In this document: positions 1 to 15,800 of the stretch, in pieces
Layout of the letters: every line of letters begins with the position of its first letter
How positions within the stretch are numbered: the first letter of the stretch is position 1
Origin: the human T2T-CHM13v2.0 reference genome, Homo sapiens
DNA: 64,000 nucleotides
Strand: one strand, 5' to 3'
Assembly: GCF_009914755.1 (NCBI RefSeq)
Contig: NC_060935.1
Translations under genes and position numbers: made by a program
Notes under the pieces: model-generated
Seen by the model: the letters and a program-made list of their open reading frames with translations, nothing else
Database searches by the model: none
Told to the model about the DNA's origin: nothing

Positions 1-1435
1 TTTAGGTTCATCCCCATGGACCTCGGCACCAGGCCCACCTGAGTAGACTGATGCACTAAGCTAGCTCCTACAGCCCTAAGGTCTGCACTATGGACCTAGA
101 TTGCAGGCCCACTCTTTCAGATCCAAGCCCCAATTCAGCCTCTGTAGACTCTGGCACTAGGCCTGTTTGCTGGCTCAGATACCAGGCCAGCCTGCCCAAG
201 GACTCCAGCAATAAGCTTGCCCACAGACCTCACAGGCAGCCTGACCAATATCTCTGTAAACACTGAAGCCAGAAGCCAGTCTTTATCGACTGGAAAAGGT
301 GCTTACTTCTTCAGATGAGCAAATACCAATATGAATCCACAAGGATCACAAATAATCAAGGAAGCACAATGGACCAATGACTGAGCCTAAGGAAATGGAG
401 ATCTACAAAGTGAATGACAAAGAATTCAAAATAATTATGTTAAAGAATATCTGTGAGCTACAAGAGAACACATAGACAACTGAATAAAAAAAGAAAAACA
501 ATATATGAACAAAATAAAAATTCAACAAAGAGATAGTAACCGTAAAAAAAGAACCAAAAAGAAATTTTGGAGCTGAAGAACACAAATGAACTGAAAAATC
601 CCATAGATACCTTCAACAGCAGACTCAAATAAGCAGAAGAAAGAATTAGTAAGCTTGAATATAGATCATTTGAAATTACCCATTCAGAGGAACAAAAAGA
701 ACATAGAATAAAAAATAGTGAAGAAAGCCTACAGGACTTATGGGACATCATGCAGTGTAACATATACACATCATGGGAGTCTCAGAAGGAGCAGAGAAAG
801 GAGAAGGAATGAAAGCTTATTTAAATAAATAATGACAGAAAATTTTTCAAATCTGAAGAGGGAAATAAACATCCAGACCCATGATTCCCAAAGAACTCCA
901 GATAGGTTAAACATAAAAAGATCTTCTCCAAGATCATAATCAAATTCTCAAAAGTCAAGACAGAGATTTTTGAAAGCAGCAAGCCAAAATTGACTCATTA
1001 CATACAAGGAAACCCCATTAAGACTATAAGTGGATTTCTCAGCAGAAACCTTGCAGGCCGAGAGAGTAGGATAATATTTAAAGTACTGAAAGAAACAAAA
1101 CAAAACAAAAACAAACAAACAAAAAACCCTGCTAACCGTGAATACTGTACCTAGTAAAGCTGTTTTTCAGAAATGAAGGAAAAATAAAGATGTTTCCCCC
1201 CACCAGATAAACAAAGCTGAGGGAGTTCATCACTCTTAGACCTGCTTTATAAGAAATGCTAATGAGGGTACATCAAGTTAAATTTAAAGGACATTAACAA
1301 CATAACCTATAAAAGTATAAAACTCACTGTAAAGGTGAGAATATTGTCCAATGCAAATACCATCATACTGTAATGTTGATGCATAAATCATTTTAGCTTT
1401 AGTATAAAGGATAAAATCCAAAGAATTAAAAATCA

Positions 1436-2062
<627 letters not shown>

Positions 2063-3565
2063 TTATTCATGAGTATACAATATACAAAGATATAAATTGT
2101 GACATCATAACATAAAATGTAGAAGTTTGTGTAGAGTGTTTGCATGCAGTTGAAATTAAGTTGTTATCAACTTAAAATAGACTGCTGCAACTGTAAGATG
2201 TTTTATGTAAGCCTCATGGTAATCACAAATAAAAAAACTGTATTAGATACACAGACAATAAAGAAGAAAAATCCAAGTATATCACTACCAAAAAAAAAAA
2301 TCATCAAATCACAAAGAAAGAAAGGAAGAAAAAAGCAAAGAAACTACAACTAAAAAATAATCAATATAATTGCAAAAAACAGCGATATTAAGTTCTTAAG
2401 TATCAATAATTACCTTAAATGTAAGTGAATAAAATTCTCCAATCCAAAGACATGGCATGGTTAAATGGATTAAAGAAACAAAATTTAATTATATGCTAAA
2501 TAAAAGAGACTCCCTTTAGATTTAAGAAAACACATAGCCTAAAAGCAAAGAGATGCAAAAATATATTCTATGCACATGGTAACCAAAAGAAAGAAGAGGT
2601 GGCTATGCTTACATTAAAGTAGACTATAAGTCAAAAACTGTTACAAGAGACAAAGAAAGTCATTAGATAATGACAAAGGGATCAATTTATCAAGAGGACA
2701 TAAAGATTGTAAATATATATGCATCAATATTGGAGCACCTAAATATATAAAGGAAATGTTTACAGAACTGAAGGAAAAAAATAGATAGCAATACAATAAT
2801 AGTAGGGGACTTTAATGCCCCACTTTCAACAATGAATAGATAGTCCAGAAAGAAAATGAATAAGAAAAGAGTGGACTTGAACACTACAGACCAAATGGAC
2901 CTAATAGACATAAACAATATTATTCACACAATAGCAGAATACACATTCCTTTCAAGCGCACATGGAACATTCATCAGTATAGAGCAAAAATGTTACACTA
3001 TAAAACATACCTTAACAAATTTAAAAAGATTGAAATCATATCAAATATATTTTCTGATGACAATGATATACAACTAGAAATCTGTAACGGAAGGAAAATT
3101 TGAAAATTCACAAATACTCCCGGACAACCAATGAGTCAAAGAAGCAACATACTCCTGAACAACCAACAGGTCAAAGGAGAAATCAAAAGGGAAATTTAAA
3201 AAAAAACTTGGAACAGGAAAACATGGAAACACAACATACCAAAACTTATGAAATTATGTTAAGGGAAATAAGGCAGGCAAAGAAAGATAAATACTGTTTG
3301 TTCTCACTTATACATAGAAGCTTTAAAAAATTAATTTCATAAAAGTAGAGAGAATAGCGGTTACTAGACAATGGAAAAGGTAGGAGGGTTGGTTGCGGGG
3401 ATAGGGAGAGGTTTGTTAATAGATACAAAATTATAGCTAAATAGAAATAATAAGTTCTAGTGTTCTATAGCACTGCAGGGTAACTATAGTTAACAATAAT
3501 TTATGATATATTTTCAAATAAGTAGAAGAGAGGATTCTGAATGTTTTCAACAAAAAGAAATAATA

Positions 3566-4198
<633 letters not shown>

Positions 4199-4759
4199 AA
4201 AAGAAATAATAAGTGTTTGAGATGATGGTTTTGCTAGTTCCCTTGATTTGATCATTACCCATTTTATGCATGTATCAAGATATCACTCTGTACCCCATAA
4301 ATATGTATAATGATTATGTATCAATTAAGACTAAAAATGATATTCAAACTAAAATAAAACTTATGAGATGTAGCAAAAGCATTTCTAAGTGGGAAGTTTT
4401 TAGTGATAAACACCCACATTAAGAAAAAGGAATGATCTCAAATAAAAAGCTTAATGTTATGCCTCAAGTAACTTAAAAAGAAGAACAAACTAAGCTGGAG
4501 TTAGCAGAAGGAAGGAAATAATAAAGATCAGAATAGAAATAAATGAAGTTGAAACTAAGAAAGTTACAGAAGATCAATGAAATTGGAGTTGGTTATTTGA
4601 AAAGATAAACACAATTGACAAATCTTCAGCTAGACTAATCAAGAAAAGAGAGAGAAGGCTCAAATAAATTAAATTATAAATAAAAAAGAAGAAACTACAA
4701 CTGATATTCTTATGATATACAAATAATCAAAAGAGACTGCTTTGTACAGTTACATATCA

Positions 4760-5215
<456 letters not shown>

Positions 5216-7484
5216 CCCTACAAAGAAAAATCTAGGACTTCATGGCTTTACCGTAAATTCTACCAAACTTTTAAAAACAAATAAATATCAATCCTTCTTA
5301 AACTCTTTCAAAAATTGTAGAGGAAGGAATACATTCAAATGTACTTTCCAAGGCTGGCATTTCCCTGATATCAAAGTCAGACAAGGACACTGCAAGAAAA
5401 GAAAATTATAGGCCAATATCCCTGAATAACATAGATGCAAAAATCCTCAACAAAGTATTGGCAAACCTAATTCAACACAACACTACATAATCAAGTGGGA
5501 TTTATCCCTGGGATAGAAGAGTAGTTAGCATATGCAAATCAATCAATGTGATACACCACATTAAGAGAATAAAGAATAAAAATCATATAATCATCTCAAT
5601 AGATGCAGAAGAAGCATTTGAACCTCCTTTCATAATAAAAACTGTCAATAAATTAGGTATATAAGGAATGTTCCTCAACATATAAAGGCCATATATGAAA
5701 AATCCACAGCTAACATTATATTCAATGGTAAAAAGCTGAAACTTTTTTCTCTATGGTAAGAAATAAGATAAGGATGCCCATTCTCACCACTTCTATTCAA
5801 TATAGTACTGAAAGTCCTAACCAGATCAATGAGGCAAAAAAATAAATAAATAAATAAATAAATAAAAGGCATCCAAATTAGAAGAAATATGTTAAATTGT
5901 CTCTGTTTGCAGATAAAAATCTTATATAGAGAAACTCTAAAGACTGCACCAACAAAAACCCTGTTAGAACTAATAAACAAGTTTAGTAAAGTTGCAAGAT
6001 ATAAAATTAATATACAAAAATCAATTGTTTCACTATATTAACAACAAACTACTTGAAAAAATTAAGGAAAACATTCCATTTACAATACCATCAAAAATAA
6101 ATAAAATACTTATGAATTAATTTAATAAAGGGAAAAAATCTGTATGCTGAAAACTATAAAAAATTGATGAAAGAAATTGAAGAAGAAACAAAAGGAAAGT
6201 GATCCAGTGTTGGTGGTTTGGAAAAATTAATATCATTGAAATGTTCATGATACCCAAAGTATTCCATAAATTCAATGCAATCCCCATCAAAATTCAAATG
6301 ACATTTTTCACAGAAATAGAAAAAGGAATTCTAAAATTCATGTGGAACTACAAAAGATCCCAAATAATCAAAGCAATCTTGAGTAAGAAGAACAAAACCG
6401 GAGGCATCACACTATCTAATTTCAAAACATACTACAAAGCCATAGGAATCAGAACAGTATGTTAATGACATAAAAACAGACATGTAGGCCAATAGAACAG
6501 AATAGAGAACCCAGAAACAAATCCACACATTTACAATCAATTGATCTTTGATAAGCTGCCAAGAATACACAACGGGGAACAAATAGTCTCTTCAATACAT
6601 GGTGCTGGGAGAACTGGTTATCCACAAGCAGGATAATGAAATTAGACCCTTAGCTTACGTCATTTATAAAAATCTATTAAAAATGGATTAAGGGCTTAAA
6701 TATGTGACCCGAAACTGTAAAATTATTACAAGAAAAACATAGGTAAAAAGCTCCATGACATTGGTCTGAGCAATGATTATTTTGGATATGCTCCAAAAGC
6801 ACAGGCAACAAAGGAAAATATAAACAAATAGGATTACATTAAACTAAAAAGCTTTGGCACAGCAAAGGAAACAATCAACATAGTGAACAGACAACCTGTG
6901 AAATGAGAGAAAATATTTATAAACCATACAGCTGATAAGGAGTTAATATCCAAAATATAAAAGGAGCTCAGTATTAATACCAAATATCAAAACAATACTC
7001 AATGCCAAAAATAATAACCCACTTAAAAAATGGGAATGCACCTTAATAGACATTTCTTTAAAAAAGATATATGAATGGCCAACAGGTATATGAAAAAATG
7101 TTCAACATTACTAATCTTCAGGAAAATTTAAATAAATACCACAATGAGATATCACCTCACACTTGTTAGAATGGCTATGATAAAAAAGACAACAGATAAG
7201 TGTTGGCAAGAATGAGAATAAAAGGGAACACTTGTACACTATTGTGTGAATGTGATTTGATACAACCGTTGTGAAAAAAAGTATAGAAGTTTCTGAAAAG
7301 GTTAAAAATAGAACTACCATATGACCCAGCAATCCTACTTCTGCGTATATATCCAAAGGGAATAAAATCAGTATCTCGAAGAGATATCTGCTTTCCGGTG
7401 TTTATTACAGTGTTATTCACAATAGACAAGACATGGATTTAACTTAAGTGTACACTGATACATACATGGATAAAGAAAATATGA

Positions 7485-7560
7485 GATATATATGGATTTA
7501 TATGTGTATGTGTGTGTTTGTGTATATATATGTGCATATGTGTGTATGTATATAATATAA
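7485..7560. repeat. (TG/TA)n degenerate microsatellite inside L1
   Basis: tatatgtgtatgtgtgtgtttgtgtatatatatgtg. Confidence 0.8.
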
Positions 7561-8182
7561 TACTATTCAGCTTTCAAAAGAAAGAAATCCTACTATTTAC
7601 AACAACATAAATGAACCTAGAGGATACTATGCTAAATGAAATAAACTAGTCACTGAAAGACAAAAACTGCATGATCTCACTTATACATGGAATCTAAAAA
7701 AGTTGAGCCAGAGAAGCAGAGAGTAGAATGGTGGTTGGCAAGGGCTGGAGGGTGGATAAAATGGAGAGATATTTGTCAAAAAGGCCAAAAGTAATTTAAA
7801 AAAAAAGAAAAAGGGAAGGTATCCACCCATATGAATAGACTTTAAATAAACAAATGCACACATTTTAAAAAATAATTCATGAGTCAGAAAATAAATTATA
7901 ATAATTAGAAAATATTTAGAACTAAATCGTTCTAAGTAAGCTACATGTCAAAATCTGTGAGATGTAGCTAAATTATAGAATAAACAAAACCCAAACATTA
8001 GTAATAAAAACTTTTCTGACAAGATAGAACAAGGAAAAAAATGAGAATGAGAAAGTATGAATGTAAAACGCCACAAATGACAATGCAGACTAAACAATAA
8101 ATCCAATAGAGATATAGGAAATTATTTAAAAATACAAACCCCACTATGACTGTCTGCATGGCAAAACATTGGAGCACTAGGT

Positions 8183-8339
8183 CAGTGGTTCTCAACCCTG
8201 CTACATTAGATGTATTGGAGGCTTTTAAAATTAGTGATTCCTAGACCTCTCCTAAATGAAATAAATGAGAATCTCTGAGGGCAGGTCATTAGTGCCAGTA
8301 GGGAGTTATAATGGGCAGCCAGGGTCAAGAACCACACTG
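8183..8339. mobile_element. MER5-type hAT-Charlie MITE
   Basis: Terminal inverted repeats cagtggttctc ... agaacca(ca)ctg, with MER5-like internal gaatctctgagg. Confidence 0.75.
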
Positions 8340-8844
8340 CTCTTAGTTGTTACGGGCTCATTAGACAAGCTCCTCCCCTGCTGGGATGTTAGCCCTTGGA
8401 AGTAACAGTCATGGAAGGGTCCCTTTCCTCCCTCCAACAAGAGATGTGCAGCAGAGTTCACAGAACTCTAAAATCTGTCGTGTGTCCTCCCCTCATCTCC
8501 ACTATGGTTCAATCCAATGTCACCATGATGCTTAAACAACAGGAGGCTTCTCTTCTATGGCCAAGATTACACCCACACAAGTGAACATCTTTTGCCCACT
8601 AGTGGTCCTGGGACTGTTTTCTCTTGAGTCAATAATATTTTATTTTATCTGTGTGATTCTAAACTCTTTTCAGAATCAGAATCAAGAAGACAAATAGTGC
8701 TTTCTTCAAAATAAGTTTAATGATATTTGCTAAGACAGGCAAATTCCAAGGACCTTACAGACTAATTGAGTATAAGGGATTCACATGCACACAAATATTA
8801 AGTTGTGTAAGACAGTCTTTGACTAAATCTGACTCTGAGTAGTG

Positions 8845-9550
8845 GAATCAGTCAAGGTTTGGGGGTGGAAAACAGAAACCATTCTAGCTATTTTAATTTG
8901 TGGGGTTTTGTTTTGTTTTGTTTTTTGCTTTTTGTTATAGAGACAGGATCTCACTATATGTTACCCAGGCTGGTCTCGAACTCCTGGGCTGAAGTGATCC
9001 TACCCTCTTCAGCTTCCCAAAGTGCTGGGATTACAGATGTGAGCCACTACCCCCAACCCCATTCTAGCTATTTTAAAGAGAGAAATTTAATAAAGGAAAT
9101 TGGGTGTTTACAAATTCAGTGGAAGGGCTAGAGGAGTAGGCTCCAGGTGGGCCTCCAAAGATGATTCTAGAGTGACAATGCCAAAGTGATCCACTGAGAG
9201 AACTGTTCTGTCTGCTGTGTCACTCAGCAAGAAGAAAAGTCAGGAAATTATTGGGCCAGTTGCCAGCCCTAGGCTCATACCCATAGAGCAGCGATTGTGG
9301 GGCATAAGCCTTGGCCAGGAGTGTTGGCTCCAAAGCCATGCTGTGGCATCCAGGTCCATTCCAGAAGAAAATGGATGCTTCCCTGCCATACCTTTCCCCC
9401 TGCTTAACTCACTTCCAAATTCTAGTCTTGCATGAGTGCATTCTGCTGCTGGAAAACTTAGCTTCAAGATAGTCTGGGACATGCAGTTGTTAGTTCTGCA
9501 GGCCGCTGAAGTACAGGAAGATACACGGGAAGGAGGCTGAGCCAGACAAG
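8845..9550 (-). mobile_element. Ancient MaLR (MLT1-type) LTR remnant
   Basis: The start atcagtcaagg...aaaacagaaacc...aatttaataaaggaaattgg resembles old MLT1 LTRs; highly diverged. Confidence 0.45.
8897..9058 (-). mobile_element. Alu monomer (FLAM-like)
   Basis: Single left-arm sequence with a T-rich tail; perfect 18-bp TSD ccattctagctattttaa (8879-8896 / 9059-9076). Confidence 0.88.
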
Positions 9551-9689
9551 CTCCCTTAGGGTGTCAGATAAAGAAGAGAGCATGTGAACTAAAACACTTT
9601 GTCAGCCTTTACGCCTTCCTCTCGCTTCCCCTCAGGAGAGATCACGCACCAAATGGCTCATCAAGGCCTGTTGATTTTTACTGTATAAA

Positions 9690-10610
9690 AATATTTCACG
9701 TGTCTCCTTTTTTCATTTTCTTCTGCCAGCACCTTAGATCAAGTCTTCATCGTATTTCAACCTGGGCCACTGCAGGAGCCTTCTGACAAGTCTTTCTGTC
9801 TCCAGTTTTGTTACCTATAAACAATTTCTTATAGTATTTCTACATGAATCTTTAAAAAATATACTCCCTTTATTAATATACTCATCTAACTGTATTGTAA
9901 TTTCATAATGATATAAAAATAATCTTCATAGTCTCTAATGCTATTTTATCATCTCTTGGCATATAGTAGATACTCAAAATTGTTGTTAGGTGAATGAATG
10001 GATGAATTAATGAATGAACAGTAACAGCATTTCCCCAGAGTGCTAAGTATATGCAAAGTGGGTTAAGGTGTTACATGAGCAAATTATCTTTATTTTAATA
10101 GGTATATTATTATAGCAAATATATTGAAAGGTATAACTAGCCTATTAAGTCTATGATATTTTATTGTTTATGATCAAGTTAAATATACAGTATTTAAATT
10201 TAAAAGACTGAGTTCATGGGTAAAAAAAGGAAATGTGGGCTACAAATATAAAAATTCATGATAACACAATGTGAATAACCAATGTAGGAAACAACTACCA
10301 GGGTCCCTCTTCTGCTAAAAGATGTTCTTTACCTTGAAGATAACATTCAAGCTCCTAAGTGAAACTTGTAAGTCCTCTCTTCTTACCTGATTCTAACTAG
10401 CTATCTTTTGCTATTCCCATTCCATTCCCCAAAACGTACAGCCTACACAGCCACATGAAGCTCCTTACCCCTCTCTACAGTGTCCCTTGAATAAAACCTT
10501 TTGTCTCTGCAAATGCAATTCTCTGCCAGAAATGCCTGCTCCCCAGTGCTTCTCTATTGAACAGGAGAACTCCTATTCACCCTTCAAAACCCAACTCAAA
10601 TGTCAACATT
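9690..10610 (+). mobile_element. L2 fragments (with an intervening probable DNA-transposon remnant ~10025-10295)
   Basis: L2 3' signature catatagtagatactcaa...gaatgaatggatgaattaatgaatga (~9960-10018); ctcctattcacccttcaaaacccaactcaaatgtca (~10570). Confidence 0.6.
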
Positions 10611-11059
10611 GCAACTGCAGTGAGCTAAAATACAGATGTCATAGATGGGTACAAGCTGGTATCCCAGAGAGTCCCACGGTGTCAGGTAATATCTAAATAA
10701 GTTCACCAAGAACTGATGAAAGCTCTTCCCTCTTACAGATCCCTGAACTCAATTTTTGTATCTCTATTAGAGCTGATTGCATTCAGATGGAATGCCCAAA
10801 AGAACTCAACAGAATCAAATTTTAACCAGAATTAAATATCATATCCATATATGTTATAATTAATGTTCTTTCCTTCTCAGTATCTTTGGTGCTGCTCATT
10901 ATGAGGATGAAGCACTGGTAACTCCCTAAAAACTCTAAACTGCATATCACAGCATGGGTTCAAACAGGCCCTGGCCCTCTCTGCACTGAACCAATGGCTC
11001 GAATACTCCACAAGTATCAGAGCTAAGAATCCGAATCGGCATTTCAGAGCTAGAATAAC

Positions 11060-11510
11060 AGTAATTTTCTTTTGTTATTTTTTTCAGAATGTGCAGGATA
11101 CTTAATTGCAGAAAAATGGTAGTATAAAAAAATGTAAGAAGCAGAAAAAGAGATCACTCATAATCCCATTACCTACAGGCAAAAATATCTTAATGTTTTG
11201 GCACGTTTCCCCTCAGCCTTTTTTCCACTCCTCCCCACACCCTAACCTTATATACTGTCCTTGTATTCTACTTTGCTCACTTACCATTACTCTTCCATGT
11301 TATTAAAAATTGTTTTCAAACATTAATTGCATTAATTAACCATACCTTAACCACCAGGTATTTTGACTGTTTCCAGGTTTTTTATTGTACACAATGCTGT
11401 AATAAACATTTTTGTGCATAAATCCCTGTCCACATTTTAGCTTCCTTCCCTAGGACTGATACCTAGCTATGAAATCATTGGTTCATAAGTTATGGCTATT
11501 TTAAGGCCAA
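11060..11510 (-). mobile_element. Old L1 (L1ME-type) fragment
   Basis: Antisense L1 3' region: gactgtttccaggttttt...aatgctgtaataaacatttttgtgcata...gaaatcattggttcataag. Confidence 0.65.
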
Positions 11511-12449
11511 ACTAGGAATACTGCTGCCTCTGGGCTTCTATTTCAGGGCTCTTTCCACTTCAGCAAATTATTACTTTCCTTTGTCAAAATCCACGTGAAA
11601 AAAATCATGGGAGGTTTCCTTCCCTGGCCTGTCACAATATCCTCAGAAGCACACAGTTGAAGCCATAGACACTCTATAAAAGTCTCTTTAGAATTTCCCA
11701 TAATGTACCTACTGAGACTCACATGTCCTGATTTGGAAAACACAGGTGTCCATGCTATACCTAGATTTTACCTGCCTCACCCCTTTGCATTAATACCTTG
11801 GTGAAACTGTTTATTTTTTTCAGGTAAAATCCTGCAGGAAGCTTTGCAGTCAGGGCAGGGCTTGTGATGTTTTAATGTCTGTGCGAATATTTGCAGAACT
11901 TCATTCCCTGATTTCCACTGATCTCATTGGAAAGAGTTTATTACTAATAGCCAGTTACCCTGAGAACCTGGGTCATAAGGTGGAGTAAGCATGCAGCTGA
12001 TACAGCACCAACTTTATGCAAATTACAACAAATACCTCCTCTGTCTGGACACATGCTTGATGAGTGAACAGCACCTTTTGAGAAAAAGCAATGCACACCT
12101 TTTTACAAGAAGATGCAGCCCTGCAACACAGCACACATTGGAGCTTTGCCATCACTGCCTTCTCAGCTGGGCACCTCAGGGCTGGGACAATCTACACAGG
12201 TAGATGGGAACCTTGACACTGTCTTCCTAGCCAGAGACTTTTCGTGGATTGTCAATATGAATCTACATTTAAGAACCTCCTCTCAATAGTCCATTGATGC
12301 AAGTGATGGTATGCTTCTCAGAGGATATCTCTGAACAGCAAAAAAACAACTGGATAAGAAAGAAGGAAATAAGATGGCAAATGTAGAGAAATAAAGTTCT
12401 TCCCCGTTTGTCTGCCAAAGAATTCTGCTGGGATTATGAGAGTAGGTTT

Positions 12450-12895
12450 TATCAGTGCTTCCCCTCATTCCCCTGGGCTTTACATTATCATACCTGACAG
12501 CCAACCACCAGCAAAATGCATCTCTGTGCCTGAGGGTTTTCCTTGGTGACTAAACTCTATTATGCCCATGTGCTCATTGGGTCAGAAGTGCTGGAGAACT
12601 AATGCTCCTTCTCCAGCAGTCCTTAACTAATGAGTAATGAGGATTGATGTAAAAGTAGCGCAGGCGGTTGGCCTCTCAGGTGGGATAACTCTGCAGGAGG
12701 TGTTCTACACAGGCTCCCAGAGTTCCCCAGCAGGAATAATTTCAGTTATCTACAGTGGTTATCTACTTGGTAACACACCTTTTATTGCCTCTTCCTTTCC
12801 TTGTCTTACTTCCTCAGTCCTTTACTAGTATTTCCTGGGATTACTTCCCAAATAAACTACTTGTTCTAAATTTTTGTCCCAAAATATGATGCAGA
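12450..12895 (+). mobile_element. LTR16-family (ERVL) LTR
   Basis: gataactctg...gtgttctacacaggctcccagagttccccagcagga...ttcctgggattacttcccaaataaactacttg, typical of LTR16C. Confidence 0.75.
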
Positions 12896-15800
12896 TGAAA
12901 TAGCCGCTCTAAATCAGTGGATAGAAGAAGCTTTAAATTAGAGAGGAGTGGGGAGGGACCAAAGCATCTTGTTGGAAAAAGGAAGGACCAGGAGGAAGCC
13001 CATGTTAAAAATGTCTCAACAATGTCTGATATTCTAAAGAAGGCTGGGATGAGTAGAGAATTTACTAGCTTTATACACTGAGGAATATTGTGCATTTTGA
13101 ATAAATATTTGATTACTGCAAAATATTCTGCATTTTGACTACAAATCTTTCTAATATAATTCTGTTGCAGGAGTTCTTGCAAGATATGTGCTGGGCAAAA
13201 ATCACCACTTGGTTTAGTGTAATGTATGTTTCCAGGTAAAAACTGTATCCTCCACAAAGCAGTATAATTCACAACTTATTCATCTAAGCTCCTTGGAGAC
13301 CCGCAACAGATGACACAGACAGGACAGGTAGATGGTGTTCTTGTGATTTTAACAATGTTTAAAACTAGGATGAGCTCAACCAATAAATAAAGTTGGGGGT
13401 CTCCTGAAAGATCCAAGCCTTGCTGCCCTTGCAGTAGTAAAAATGCTGTGGACCCTGGGCAAATTCTCACAAATGGCAGAAACATACAGAGAAAACCAAG
13501 ATGGACCCAGAATTCTGGAGCCAAAGGGGCAGCAAGCGGGTAAGCAGAATTAGTGGCTGTGGCTGGTCAGATGCCCCTCCTGTCTCACTGGACCCTGACC
13601 CTGTCTTCCCTGTGTAAAGGCTGAGTCCTGAAGGCCAGGCTGAGGTGCCATCCTTGCAATCAACGAGCTCATTACCCTGGGAAATGGTTTCTTCTCCTTT
13701 CAGCTCCTTTACAGGTTTCATTTGCATTTCCCCAGACTTGTTTTGATTTCCATCAGCCTGGGCTGTCAGTCGGTGTGGGCTGGGGCTGGAGCTGCCTCAG
13801 AGTCAAGTTCCCCCCGCTTGATGTTGCCTCTGGTTGGGCCTGTTTGGGCTTGCTTTGGCAGCACAATCCCGAGTGTCATTCAGGCAATTAAATAAGGTAT
13901 TTTATTTTATTCAAGGGGGCTGTATCATGCCTATTTCAGGAGCTATTTGATGGGAACTGGGGCAAAAAAAGGTCCCTTGAAAATGGCATCCCATCTGTAG
14001 CCCGATGCGAAAGGATCACAGAATTAGCTTTTCTTTAACACTATTATATTCTTTCAATAGGGTGTAAAGTTTTAGGAGATGAACTTTCATGCTCCATGTC
14101 ACGGGAGCAGATTGGTTTTGCATGTGTGACAGAGCAGGCCCTGAGACTCCAGCCGTGGGGGGACGATGCAGAAACACAGAATTCTTAAGTGAGTCAAATG
14201 TGTTTCCAAGGCCTGTGTCTGCTTAAAAACTTCCTGTCTTCCCTGTATTTGTTTTCCCTAACTTGTTCACTTTCTTTTCACACCAACCTGTGGAGTAACA
14301 TTGAGCAACTGTTCCCTGTTCTTGTCTAGAAATTCACTTCTTCATTAAAATCCAGGTAGGACTGTAAGTCTGTGTATGTTGTGTGCCAACTCCACATGTG
14401 GGCCATTCTAAGTCATTTTGTCTTGCCTTGAGTTTCCTTGGAAATGATTCTTGTGTTGGCTTAGGCCCATTTTCTGGGACACTGAGGTCCCAGGCCTCCC
14501 TGTGCTTAATTTCACAGTGACCAATCTGTGAGTTCATGGTCCCAGCAACTATGAAGTCATGGTTAGAACACAAGAGGCATTTATATTTCTTCCTGGCTCC
14601 CCTTTGCCTTTCATCTTTCCTGGGATACTAAATTAATTTTTAAACTACAACTGAAGGAGTTTTGATAGAGACAGTAGTTGGGAACATGGAAAAAGCCAGA
14701 GTACAATATCTGGAATGGTTATTTGTTCAACCTTCTGAAAAGTGGAACATCAAACAATAATTTATTCATAAAACAAAAACCATAAAATTTTCTTTCAAAA
14801 CCAAATATCAGACACAAAGCCAATCAAACAAAAAATTTCATCAGTATACAGGGTGAACAATATTAAACCATCATCTTAGGTATCAAGGGTGACAATGAGA
14901 AAATATTCTTACCAGTCTTAAAAATAGAAATTCTGGTACTATTTGAAATCACTTAGTTATCATGCATAAAGAAGTAGAAAGGGCTTGTTTTCTTTCTTTT
15001 CCAAAAAATTACATAGCATATCCTGTTATGGCTAACATTTTGTTGGACTTTAAGTTCTAATAGATTCATATTTGTATGAAGCAAACCTCTCAAACAAGCA
15101 ATTCATGGTGAAACACAGTCTAAGTATGAATGTAGCCCTACTATTCCACAAGCCTTTACTCTAGAAAGGAGCATTGTTGGAGAACCTCCGGGCACCCAGA
15201 ATTCAGCAGGAGAAATGGGGAAGTGAAAAGACCTCAGACAAGATCTAAAAAGATTTTTAAACGTAGGAAAAGGCCAGAAAATGGTAAACTAAGACAATAA
15301 TTTCTTTTTCCTTTATGCTTTTCTCTAGTTTTTCTTAGTGTAGCAAGAGTGTAATTCAATTATTGGACATTTCAATGCGTGCATCCAATTAACTCCACTA
15401 CTTCACTGTCTCTAGTGGGTTAGATGCTCTCTGGGGACTGGTTTGTGTGTTCTAGGCACCTGAGAGTCCTTCCCATCCCCTGATGCCTTGGATACACCAC
15501 CAAAACTGACCTAACTGATCACACTTAGGAACTGTCAATCCATCAATAAGAAACATTATTGAGATTTCATTCAAGGAAAAGCATTGCTAGGGATAGAAAG
15601 ACAATGTTACTGTGTTCTAAGGGATCGTAATCAACTTGAGGAGATAAGACATCACCATTTGGAAAGTTAAATATGAAAAAAAAATCATAATGAGTTACAC
15701 AATAAAGTACCAGAGAGTGGTGGATAGAACATTCCCCCTCTCCTCATCAGCCAAAGTGACCAACCATAGGAATCAACGTTGCAATGTCAAAGGTGTGAAA

